Part shown: piece after piece, positions 1 through 12,600 of the stretch | Layout of the letters: each line of letters begins with the position of its first letter | How positions within the stretch are numbered: the first letter of the stretch is position 1 | DNA from: Asterias rubens | Lineage: Eukaryota | DNA: 64,000 bases | Assembly: GCF_902459465.1 (NCBI RefSeq) | Contig: NC_047063.1 | Coordinates: 15,810,001-15,874,000, forward strand | Direction of reading: 5' to 3' | Notes under the pieces: generated by a model | The model's input: only the letters and a program-made list of their open reading frames with translations | Databases searched by the model: none | Told to the model about the DNA's origin: nothing | Position numbers and translations under genes: made by a program

Positions 1-397
1 CAGTGCAAGAGTCACAAAAAATAGCACTAAGTGTACACAAGAGTTCGATGTAAAAACATCATTATCTTGCTCAAAATAGCCCGGATAGATACCCCAAAAA
101 GTATACAGAGTTTCTGTACAGAGCATTCTCGTGTGAGATACAACGTTTTTGCAAAATAAAGATTGAATGTTTTTGCACTAATGCAACGTGTTAAACAATA
201 GATAAGCAATACAACTGCCAAAGTCTGGGTTTGTCTTAAGCCTAATTCACACAAAACCAAAGGCAAATGAATTTTTGTATTTTTTTGAACTGTTCCTTAT
301 GTGTCAAAAGAAAATCTTTCATTTTCGCGATAGACATGAAGCAAAAACGTAGTTTTTATTCACGACCGCTTAGTGAGATGATATTGCCATCCAACTT

Positions 398-486
398 GGC
401 CTGGGCGACTAGTGAAATTTACTACTCGACTAGTCGCACCTAAAATAGCAGCGACTACGACACTTGTCGCACTAGTCGTCCAGGCC
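398..486. mobile_element. Tiny hairpin MITE (about 89 bp)
   Basis: TIRs GGCCTGGGCGACTAGTG / CACTAGTCGTCCAGGCC. Confidence 0.6.
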
Positions 487-500
487 TACGTCTAACTTAC

Positions 501-619
501 CATCCATAAGATAGATCCTGTCGGTTGTTCACATAGCTGGGATCCACTCCATCTTGATTTGACCGTAGCCAGACCAAAGTCTCCTATCTTCACTGTCAGG
601 TCATCATGCAAGAAGATGT
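501..619 (-). CDS. BRAF: BRAF activation-segment exon ([39 protein letters not shown])
   Basis: ttccag|...ATG|gtaagt; 119 bp, as in human exon 15; V600-equivalent valine present. Confidence 0.98.
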
Positions 620-3600
620 CTGGAAAAAACAACTGGTCAAGGAATCTGATTTTCTTACATAGTTTCTTTCTAAAAATAAAGAAAAATTAGGGCCCAATTT
701 CATAAAGCTGCTTTAACAAAAAAGTAGCTAAGCGCAACAAAAGTTTGCTTACCAGAATAAGGTACCAGCCAAACTACCATGTCATGTATATAAGTTTTGA
801 CTGGTGTCCTGCTCATTTTTGCTTAGCAGAAAATTGTTCAGCAATATTTTCTATGAAATTGGGCCCAGGACTGTAAGTAGACCATTGAAAAACAACCTGA
901 AAACATATATCCATGTAAGAATGATAATGGAAGCGAAGACCCACCAGGCTGAAACCTTCAATAGATGCTCTAAAAACTAACGTTCCATCAGAAAATAAAT
1001 TGGGTATTGAAATTGCATATTGTACTATAAAAACTGCCACGCAAGAGAGCAAGAAGAAGAGAGATTTCACAAGCCTAAGAAATACAACTGTCTCCACAGA
1101 CACATATTCCACTCTTTGAGATTGCAAAGGATACTGTTTGATTTCATGTCTCGATGGATGATATTCTTGGCATGAAGATAACTGAAAACGAGATCACAAA
1201 CATATAAGATTATTGTTATTATCATTATTGGTTTATAGGTCAGCTTTTTTTAAACTCAAATGTGCACTTCCAAATAATCTTGCTACATATAAATAGGTTT
1301 TTCTTAACATATACATATTTATTTTGTTCTTAATATTTATTATATTATATTACTGTTTTTAAATGTTTGTTAAAGATTCTATTCCTATTTTAAGATTGGA
1401 TTGATAGGCTTTCGAGTCACAGTGGTTAGGTTCACTTTTATTAATCCTGGCCATCTTAGAATGGGCTTGTCCTGTCTGTTTTTATAATTGTCTTGCTTGA
1501 TTGCCAGTGCTCTGTCTCACTCAATCATTGGTTTACAATTGTTCTAGATGTCTTAAGTTTACATTCATTGTTTCTTATACTGTTATATTTCTTTATTTAT
1601 ATTTCAATATTGTATCTTGTACTGTTTGTTGAAATCTTGGCCGAATAAATAATAATAATAATAATAACTAAAATTAAACATTGCAGCTGAAGTGTGTTCA
1701 ATATACGAGAAAAAACATCACAGCTTAATCTGCAAGAAAAGTCAAGAAACTCAAAAAGGCTGAAAGACAACATTAGGGATTACGAAAAATATATCATCTT
1801 ATCTACATGTATACTCATCATCATTATCTTATTGTAAACATAACTACAAGAGTACACAAAATACAAAAGATATTGCCGTTGATAAAAACCACACACTATA
1901 ATATTCCATAGTGAATAACTGTTGGCCCACACTGGAGTGAAAAGATCATGGATTCAATAGACAATGCAATGACAAGACAATGGATTGAAAAGACGATGGG
2001 TTATACATGTATAATCAAAATATCAAATTCAAGCTTTACACATCAAAGAGAAATGGAAACAGGGTTTCAATCCTTGGAATAGCAGCTTCAAGTTGCTACA
2101 GTAAGGTAATTGCCACTCTTAACAAATATGTAGGCTTGCCAAAATTAGTGTAGTGTAGCGCTCTTCTTGTGGCCTTTTGGTGAACGGGATTATAAAATAA
2201 TTTTTTGAATTAAAAAACCCAGATAAAGAGTATGTATGTATTAAACACACAGTTCTTTCCTGAGCTCTGTGAACAAAAATCTCTTGCATATTGCTCAAAT
2301 GGGATTGAACCTTTGTAACTCTAGAGAAGTGTCTTACCAACTAGACCACCAAGGTTGCCCGTAGCCGAGGTAAGACGCTGCTCTATAGCAAAGGTCGTGG
2401 GTTCCAATCCCACTTGAGTAATATACCTGTGATTCTTTTCACAGAGCTCAGGCAAGTACTGAGTAAAACAGTGCTAACACATTTCGGTACATACATATGG
2501 GTAAAACCAAATTTAATATTCTTTATCCTGATACGGTATTGTATTGCTGGGATACATGGACAGTCACAAGGGAACTTGAAGAAAAACTGGATGGTTGCTT
2601 TACAAAACTCCTGCGGAAATGTTTCAACGTTCACTGGAGTCAACACATGACAATTCAGAACTGCATGGAAAGGAACCAAAACTTTCCACCAAAATACAAC
2701 ACCTTCGTCTGAGATTAGCAGGGCATTAATACAGTAGCACCTAAGAACCTGTCTCTCAGCTTATCACCTGGTCACCGAAACATGGAAGGAGAAACAGGGG
2801 GAGACAAAGGCTCAACTATACAGATGTAGTTGCTAGGGACATCGGGTTGCTTCAAGCTGATCTTCCCAACCCAATGATTGATAGACAGGGATGGGTAAGC
2901 CTCAACATGATTCCGACCTCAGTCGACTAGAGAGAGAGAGAGAGAGATCCCAATACAAATTGCCATCTATTAACGCAAAGACAGCTATAAAAACAACAAA
3001 TATGAAAGGACTTACTCCATTCCCTGTGCCGTCTGTCGAGCGATATTAATCAGGTTATACATCTCAAACTTTGTCTCTTGTACATGTAGATGCTTATACA
3101 GACTAGAACCCTCACACCACTGAGTTACAATAGACAGCTGAGGTTTAGACGTACAACCCATGAACAGTAAGATGTTAGCGTGCCTGGTTTTCCTCAACAC
3201 TGCAACCTCATTCTTAAATGCCTGAAGCTGTGACGCTGTAGGGTCGGTCACATTCAATCTCTTGACAGCCACGGGGCCTGTAGGAAAGGAGAGACATTAT
3301 TCAGCTTTCATCATAACATTTTAATCACAACATTTAAAACTGCAACAATTACTAAGGTTAAGAACATTTCTCTTAAATTTTTATAAAACTACTTAAATAA
3401 AACAGTACATTAGCTAATCACAAAACAGTTACGCTAAAAAGAATAAGATAACCAGCCAAAGTATGACTGGTTTCCTGCTCAATTGTGCTTGTCAGAAAAA
3501 TTTCAGAAAAAAAGCACAATTTTCTGATTAAAAAACTCAATAAAATTAGTAGTACAATTTGTTAAATTACTTCCTGATATTTGTTATTTGACTCAATGTG

Positions 3601-6600
3601 TTTCAGTGGGTGACTATTTTGACAAGTAATACTTTCTTACAAATTTACTTTCAGCCAAACATCAACTATTTTCTCATTCCAATACGAAAATACAAATGTT
3701 TTACCACTACAAAGTGTGGATCTGAGAACAAAACAGGTCCACAAAGTGTATGGACTTGAAAAACTCTGTGGGCTTACACCTGCCACACAGTGTGTTTTTT
3801 TTCTTTAGTGTCCCCAGTGTTGAATAACAGAATTTTTATTAAGAATGTATACAGAGTGACTGCAACACAGAGTGACTGCAACACAGAGTGATTGCCACAC
3901 AGAGCTGTGTGAAGAGTTAAAGATGCTATGTCAGATTTTTGGCCGATTTGACCCAAAAGTTTTGATTTAAAGTTCAGTAGGTATTTTGATGGGGGTCGAG
4001 AAAGTTACAAGCTTTCATTAGAGCCATTTCTGGAAAAAGTCCGCCAATTATTAGTAGTAGTGATATAAAGTGCTCAAAATTAGTTTTTTTTCTTTGGGAT
4101 CCCGACAATATATCACATGACCAATTCTTATGTGTTTTATAAGGAACGTTTTAAATTTTTGTCATGGTTCCTGACCATTAAAAGTAAAAGTTAAACTTTT
4201 TTTCGTTAGAGCGGGTGATACTCTTTGAAAATTACCATTCACTCCAAAAAAATCTATTTCTTAATGTTTGGGCCAAAAATCAGACATAGCATCTTTAATT
4301 TTACTGGTGTAATCCATACTCACCATGCCAGTGTCCCTTAAAGACAGTTCCAAATGATCCTGATCCAATCCTTGGACCCATCATGATCTCCTCAGTAGGG
4401 ATCTCCCAGTCATCGTTGGAGTCTCGTCTTTGTCTCTGTAAAACAGGAACCTAAAACAGTCACTCCAATTTCTGCCTCACAACAAGGTTAACGAGTATTG
4501 GTACATGTACATGTAATAATAGAGATCACTAGTTCTTATAGCGGATTTTACAATAACCTTGTCAATGCGCATTACATGTACATGCACATACAGCAGCAAA
4601 ACAAATCAATCAATCAAACCTCATTGGACAAGATATTGGCATTGTGCAAAGCTACAACTGCTTGGGCACAATAATTGACAGTCAGTTGAAATTGCTCAGT
4701 GCTCATCACAACGGGTTACACGTACCTGTTTAATGTATTTCTTGCTTAAAGTAAATTCTTTTCATGTAGGAAATTATGATTCTGTTTTACTCATCTGTTA
4801 TTGAAAGTGCTATTACTCATCACTGTGTGGTTCAGTACAATGGAGCAAGAAAACACATTACAGATACAATGACATGGGTTGTGTAACAAGCATCCCAAAT
4901 CCTAGGGATAGACATACATGTAGACATGGATGAAACTTGCAAAGAAAAGGTTAGAATCTGATGGCGAAGTGGTCAAAAGTAGCATCGACCATGATCCACT
5001 CATGCAATTTTGTTTTTATCAGACTAAGAAGTGGTAACAGATGGCTGTCACTTTAATGCAAAACAAACAGGTACCTCAACTCCTTCATATCATATTCTGT
5101 CCGTCTCCTTAATAATCAACCCAGACGTTAACTACTGTACATAAACTACTCTCTGCTAAGATTTAGTTTTAAGTGACATCACTTACATGTATATTATGTT
5201 TGTGTGTAATTATTTTGTGTATAGCATGACTTCATATTCGCTACCTTATGGAGAACGAGAACAAAAGAGAAAAGGGAACACAAAATGTATCCATAGGGGA
5301 ATCAACCTGGAAGGCCTGGCCTTCACTCTGGTTCAGACAGTACACTCTTGGCAGTTCCAAAGGTGCATTCCGCTGCTGGGGATTGTGCTTTTTACGCACA
5401 TGCTTCGCGCCTTTAGAACCGTCTCCCTCATCACATTCGTTCTGCCGAGTCACTTGCAGTTTTCAAGAAACATCTCAATACTTTCCTGTTCAATGACTGA
5501 TTGCTTTGACTGTTTTCCCATTATCAGTGCCATTATTTATTTGCTTGTTGTTTAGTTTCTTGTAAAGCGCTGTGGTACCTCGTGTAAGAGCGCTAAATAA
5601 ATGTCTGTTATTATTATTTATTAACGAGTGGGGTGCTCCACAAGAAATTTTGTGTTGGAAGTCTATGTGAACGAACAAAAGCAGTCTCCACAGGGATGCA
5701 ATGAGTGGATGCAGCGAATATTTCTTCCATAACAACTTACCGTCTTCTTAATCTTGTTTTCATCTGAGCTCGTTGAGCTCGTTGGGCCTCTGTTCTTCCA
5801 TCGGTGTGTTGGTGAAGCTTGGCTATTGGAGATGATTTTATTTGGACTATGGACCACTGAGTTGGGTAGACTGGAGGCTAGGTTGGACATTGCTAAATGG
5901 TGAAAGAGTGGGACAAAACCAATCGCATACAATTAATTGAGAAAAGTCTCAATCGTAGTTAGGGAAAAACTCTTAATCATCATAACGAAAATCATCAATT
6001 AATAATAATAATAGTAGAGTTAAGCCTGGTTCATACTTCCTACACATACACTGTGCCAAGCAAATTTGACTTAACGAATGAGTTGCCCTGTGCTTAAATC
6101 TTGCAGAGTGTTTGCAGAGAAACCAGATGTTGTGACGTCAAATTCACTTCGCATTCACAAGGAGTATGTACCAGGCTTGAAGTTGACCATTTTATAAAAT
6201 GCCAACCAAGATGAAGATTATTAAATCTTTATATGGGCTATGAATAATGGACATTGCTTTCATATTAAATTTTAGTTCTCACCTCAAATTATTATCAAAC
6301 TCCAAACAAGTTTACTTTCATAATATTCCATATATTTCTCCCTGTTGAAAATACTTGGACGTCAAAATCACACGTTTGTCTTTGACTGGGATAGCTTTAA
6401 CACGAGTCATAGGAGTGCAATCATAAATTTCTTAGCGAAAGACACTGTGCTGCCAGCACAGATTTCCCCCACATTGTATTTCAGCAATGGTGGCCCCATA
6501 TATAAACATGTATAACCTTGTTGGACCGCTCGGATTGGATTTAGGAGCCTACCACTGAAATTAGTCAAGCTACAACACTGATGTAGGTTTCTTTCACAAG

Positions 6601-9600
6601 CAGTTGACACTTGATCTGAACACTGTCAAAGAACATTTTGCTCCTGACAAAGCTGCCCCAGAGCAAGTTTTTCTACCAACTTTTGGTTCAACAAGACATT
6701 TTTTTCAACTGAGCAGTCTGCATGCTCTCATTGCACATAAGGCTAGTCAAACCATAAGACAGTGAAATTGTCCTTAACAGGAAATTAATAATTATTTCAA
6801 ATGAATTAATGTAGATATGAGATTATTGTGAGACTATGAACAGACTGAGGAAGGTAAAAAACAAACAACAAATTCTTATTCAGAAACTCACAAAAGCAGA
6901 CCATGAAATACACAAACAGTCTGACCAAAGACAAACACATAGGCTTGAGATGAGCATAACACCTGCTTGAAGTAAGACCAACACAGGATTAACACAGGCT
7001 TGAAGTAAGATTAACACAGACTGAAGGTAAGACTAAAACAGGCTTGAGGTAAGACTAACACAGACTTGAGGTTAGACAACACAGGCTTGAAGTGAGATTA
7101 ACACAGACTTGAAGTAAGAATAACACAGACTGAAGGTAAGACTAAAACAGGCTTGAGGTAAGACTAACACAGACTTGAGGTTAGACAACACAGGCTTGAA
7201 GTAAGATTAACACAGACTTGAAGTAAGATTAACACAGACTGAAGGTAAGACTAAAACAGGCTTGAGGTAAGACTAACACAGACTTGAGGTTAGACAACAC
7301 AGGCTTGAAGTGAGATTAACACAGACTTGAAGTAAGATTAACACAGACTGAAGGTAAGACTAAAACAGGCTTGAGGTAAGACTAACACAGACTTGAGGGT
7401 AGACAACACAGGCTTGAAGTAAGATTAACACAGACTTGAAGTAAGAATAACACAGAATTGATGATAGTCTAGCACAGGCTTGAGGTATGACTAACACAGA
7501 GACAGAAAAAGCTGACAGAAACACACAGAGAGACTAAGTCCTGTGTCCCATTTTGCGGTTACAGCTATGGCTACAGCTAGATTTCAGCATCATCATGCGC
7601 TGAAGTGTAGGAGTGCGTTATGGCGACCCCAACCAGAAACAATGGTCATCAGTTGCACGTTTTGTTTTTGCGTGTTTGGTTGAGCGCGGTGAGGATGCTG
7701 TTCAGACCAACAAGCAACCGACTTGTTGAGTCGGTTGGGCTTTGGTTGGGGTCGCCAAAACGCACTCCTGGATGTCTTTAGCAACACCCTTGGCAACAAC
7801 CTTAATATTTAGAGCTGTAGTCATAGCCGCTAATTCGGATGTGGCTGATACTGGACAGAAAACACTACAGACAAAAGAAGGAGAATCCAATTGCAGGCAT
7901 ACATGTACATGTTCAGTATGCAATGAGACAGAGACATATAATAGGCATCTTTGACTTTTCTCAATATGTTAAGCAATTTGAGAATGATAGAAGTGAAATG
8001 GAAGAACCCTGCGAAGCCTTGTTTGTTACAAAACTGAATTGGAAAAACATGACGCTCGTTCTTCACTTTTTGAGAGAACTTTTTCTTCTGAAATTGAAAC
8101 TTGGGTTTGACGCTTGTTCTTTAGTCTTTGAGGGAACGTTTTCTTCAGAAATTGAACTTAAGGTTAGCTTAATTCTTCCTTGTGCCAAGTGTCTCAAGTG
8201 CCAATGAAACCTACATGTACATGTAGACAACTGACAGAAACCTAAATACAGTTAGCATATAATGTAGGAATTAAGAAAGTGAGTTGTTTACAAATAACAA
8301 CAATGTGAAATTAATCTATTGTAGGAAGAAATGATGGCTCAGAGAAGCTGTTGAGATGTTGAGTCACAATGTTTTGCACAGCATCCCTCTTCTAACGACA
8401 AGCAGGGTACAGAGTTCGATTCGAAACATCAAGACCCAACATTAAATGGTGGGGGTTTGAAACTTTTCATGGTGGGAGTATAATTAGGTGAGGGTTTGCA
8501 GTAGCACCGTTTCGATCATTATGCTCTATCTACGTAGCAACAGAGTCCATCATCCTCCTGAAGACTATCCTAGCAGAATGATTCAAGTTAAATGTGACCA
8601 TCCACCACAAATGGGCTGTAAAGTCGCACTTGCACATTGCAGAGCCTATTAAATTGTTTGGGTTTTCAAGAAAACTTTGAGAAATCTGAATAAAAAAATA
8701 TGTGGCTTTGAGAAATCATAACTTTCCTTTGTCAAGAAATATCTGATTTAAATGTGGATGGTATCATTTTGAAGCTGATTACACACTCTCTCAAAAAATG
8801 CATTAATCCCATAACAGTGAAAGTGTCAACTTTACAGCCCATTGGTGGTGGATGATCACAAATGTCAACTCTGTTCCTTTTCAGAACCAACACTACTCAA
8901 AAGCGTGGTGCTACCGTAAACCGCACCTAGATAAAATGGTGGTCATGATAAGAACCACAGTTGAGTCCCAATGTTTAGTACGGCAGCCTTCTCCTGATTG
9001 TTATCAAGACACAATGAGACTCCACATGACCTCAACTCCACATCCAATCAGAATCAACAATTCTTCTCTGAAGATATTAATTTGACATTGTTGTTACCAG
9101 TGATTTTTTCACTTTTTAGACAGAAACCTGTTAAGTCTACTTTATAAACAGACATTTGAAACAACAAAGCTGGTTCTAAGCATCCATACGAACCAAAAGA
9201 AAGTATATAATAACAAACATTATGTGTTATAGCTTCACAGTTATCCAAAAAAATATAGTTTAATAAAATCTGCACTAACAGACAATGTTCTACCAACAAC
9301 ATTTATAATGATAAAGCTCTTCGAATATGTAAAAGCGTGAAGCGAAGCATGATACACTCACCAGGTAGCGCACTGCTTGGGCTGTAATCAAAGACATTAT
9401 CGCGCCCAGCGCTCACAATGGTTGGCGTGATGCTTATTTGGCGCGGCCGGACCACACTCACGGCAGGGCTTACTGCCTGGGTGTGTCTGGCTCCAAGATC
9501 TAGGAGGGATGAAGGGGAGGAGGAGGAGTAAGAGGAAGGGAGGAGACAGTTGAGGATAGGGTGCAGGGAGGGGAGGAAAATGACAAGAACAATCAGGCAG

Positions 9601-12600
9601 GATGGCATACATAAAGGGGTCATCATGGGTAGGGGGTGGGGAATTGAGATGCAAGACATTTATTTATTGCATAGGATAATGATAGAAAGAAGGTGTTTTT
9701 TAAACAAATGTACACATTGGGGAGAACAATTTCTTAAAATGTAGGACAGAAAAGATGGTCATGAAGTTTGTAGTTAGTTATGGACTGATGCAAAAGTGAT
9801 GAGGATGATCAGGAGTAACGTAGACTGGGATGAAAATCTATACATGTACATGTACTTTCATATGAAAAGGTTGACAATGAGTAGCCCAATATGATGAGGC
9901 TGATGATTGTAAGAAGTTTGGTCATATTGACGGTGAAGATGAGAATGTGGATGACAAAGATGATGATGAGATTAAGATGATGATAATAATTATGTAAAGG
10001 AGTTTGATAATGCCGATTAAGATGATGATGGTGAAGTTAAGATGATGAGCAGATTAACAAATTTAAAAAAAAAATGTTATGCAAGTTGCCAGACACACAA
10101 GGCCTGCTTCAAGAATCGGGCTACAATCAACTTTTTTTCTGGGGGGCTGTTGCCACCTACTCCTGGGGTTGAAACAGGGTTACCCCCTTTACAGTCCATA
10201 CGGATGTAGGCTTGGGTATCATCCATTGATGATGATGATGAAGTTAAGATGATGCGTTTAAGATGATGACTGTGAGAATAAGATGATGATGACATTAAGA
10301 TGATGATATTGATTATGTGAATGAGTTTGATAAAGCTGATAAGGAAGATGAGGATGGTGAGGTTAAGATTGTAATGATTAAAACAAATGATGACAATGAT
10401 TGAGATGAGTATGAAACATTCATACATGTACATCAATCAGTTTTACTGCTATTCTAAAGGTTACAACGAAAAGTTACAAAGTTTTGTAAACATAAACATT
10501 GGTATAATTTTTTTTTTTTAAATAAAAAGTAAACTTGCGGTACAACCATGTGTAAATCTCTTTTGTGCGAGTGTTGGCTCTGAGAAGAGCCATTTGGTTC
10601 TCTTTACCATTGGTCTGATGAAAGGTCCTGAGCTAAAAGACCTGTGGTCTATGTATAGACAGTATCGCAAATACCAATGCGCAAGCGCAGACTGTTGAAT
10701 GAGGTGCATTGTGGGACAGATATGGACCAATGACACGTCAGTTTGTCATGAAATTCAAGCCTTGATTTACAAGCAATCATCTGAACAATTTAGGATGAAT
10801 TTGTTGAGACTTCATAGGAATGAACTTGTCATGAGATAAACATGTCATGGCAGAATGAAAGAGTGATAACAATACAAGTGTGACTGCTGTGTACCATGAA
10901 TGAATGATAATGACAATGGATTAGGAATAATGAATAACAGAGGTGATCAAATGTAAAGAACAATGGATTAGACAAATAAATGATCAAGGTGATCAATTCT
11001 AAATGACAATGGATTGTGATTGGATGAGGTGATCAAATGACAATGACAGTGAAAATGGATTAGAAGGAAATCTTTGGTCAGCAACAAGAGAATCATGTTA
11101 ATATCATCACTCACAGAGTCTTGATGGACAATATGGGTTAGTCATATTTAAAGCACACCCATAAAATGACTGCCAGTCTTGTACCATTAACAACCCCCCC
11201 CCCCCAAAAAAAACAAAAAAAACAACAACAACAACAATGACCCAGATGGCCAATTCAGGATATATTTTAGCCTTTGAGAAAGACCCTGCTAGGGTCGAAA
11301 TGTGAGGCCATTAATTTTTTGTTGCATTTTAGGAAATAGAAAGCATTTTTCTAATAAACCGTTATGAGACATTTAGTATTCAATACTCAAATATAGGAAT
11401 ATTATGAGTCTCTCTAGCCTACTACTTGATGTCTATGGGTTTTCATTCAATGGGTAAATCAAACCAATAACCAACATGTTCTTTATTTACTCGAGACAAA
11501 ATGAGATCGATAACTGTAGGAATCTGTGAACGAGACAGTACCATTAATGTTCATGGGATAACTTGAAATTACACAGCAACCATGGCCTACGTTGCCCGTG
11601 TACTTTGCCTGGGTGCCCCTCTAAAAGTTTCAAAAAGACTTTAGTGTAAAATGAAAAATGGCCCTGTTCTCTGAAAGATGAAATTCCAGGTCTGGATCAT
11701 TATCACGTAAGGGATATGGAAGGTCCTCCAGCAACACAGTCCCATTCCAAAAATCTTGAACATTTCAAAGAGTATCTTTTCTAACATGCAGTAGCCCAAC
11801 TTTTTGGCTAACAGTTCAATCATCCAAACTTTATACACATTAACATGTTCCTGTTTCTTGAAATATCCAGTATAGCTTAATTTTGATACTATGGGTGCGT
11901 CCGATTAGCTTCCCACGAACGATCACTCACCCTCTCGTGGTGACATCATGCACCTCGGTCCAGCCCTAAGTGACCCACTCCACAAGCAGGGCACTTGGGG
12001 CTGACCCGGGTGAGCCCCTGGAATGTCGTCATTGATGACTCTTTTCTTTAAACTTAATAATCACTTCAATACTTTCTACAAGCCTTGAACAAAATGGCCA
12101 ATAGTGAGAATCAAAATTGTTCAAAAGACTGGCAACCATTTGATGGGTTAAGTGGACACAAGATATAATGCAGTAATAATCAATAAAATAAGATCATGAA
12201 AAGCAATACGGGAAAGAATATTGCATCAAAAATATTCACAAATGATTTCACATGTTTAGGACATTCAACTGTTCAAAGAGCCTGTACACTTTCGGGGTAG
12301 TTTCATTATTGTTTTAGTTTCCTCAGCGTATACCCCTTCTCTTGCCAAGGGACGATTTCATACTGCTTCTTAATGGTACATAAACTATAGCAGAACATTT
12401 GGTATAAGCGTATGCGTATTGCGCAGGTTGATTAGGTGGTATGCTTGTGCGTTCAAAGGGATGCTGCAGTGAATTAAAATAAAACAGTTAATTTTGCTGT
12501 CATTTCTTTCTGACATATGTATTGAGCCTCAATAAAATGTGTTTGCGTAATTAGCGAATAAGTCATGCCCCCCTTTTGTGAATTGTTACCGCCCCCTACC

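Noticed and set aside
6941-7500. CRISPR-like appearance of the regularly spaced repeats (also 23582-24598)
   Set aside because: Units are contiguous with no unique spacers, there are no cas genes, and the context is eukaryotic.
10077-10436. 119-aa minus-strand ORF
   Set aside because: Low-complexity (CAT)n sequence plus a SINE fragment.
11115-11119. 5-nt micro-exon ACTCT with a TGACTAAC branch point and gtgagt donor
   Set aside because: It needs an AAG acceptor and does not restore the frame alone or combined with the 25-nt candidate.
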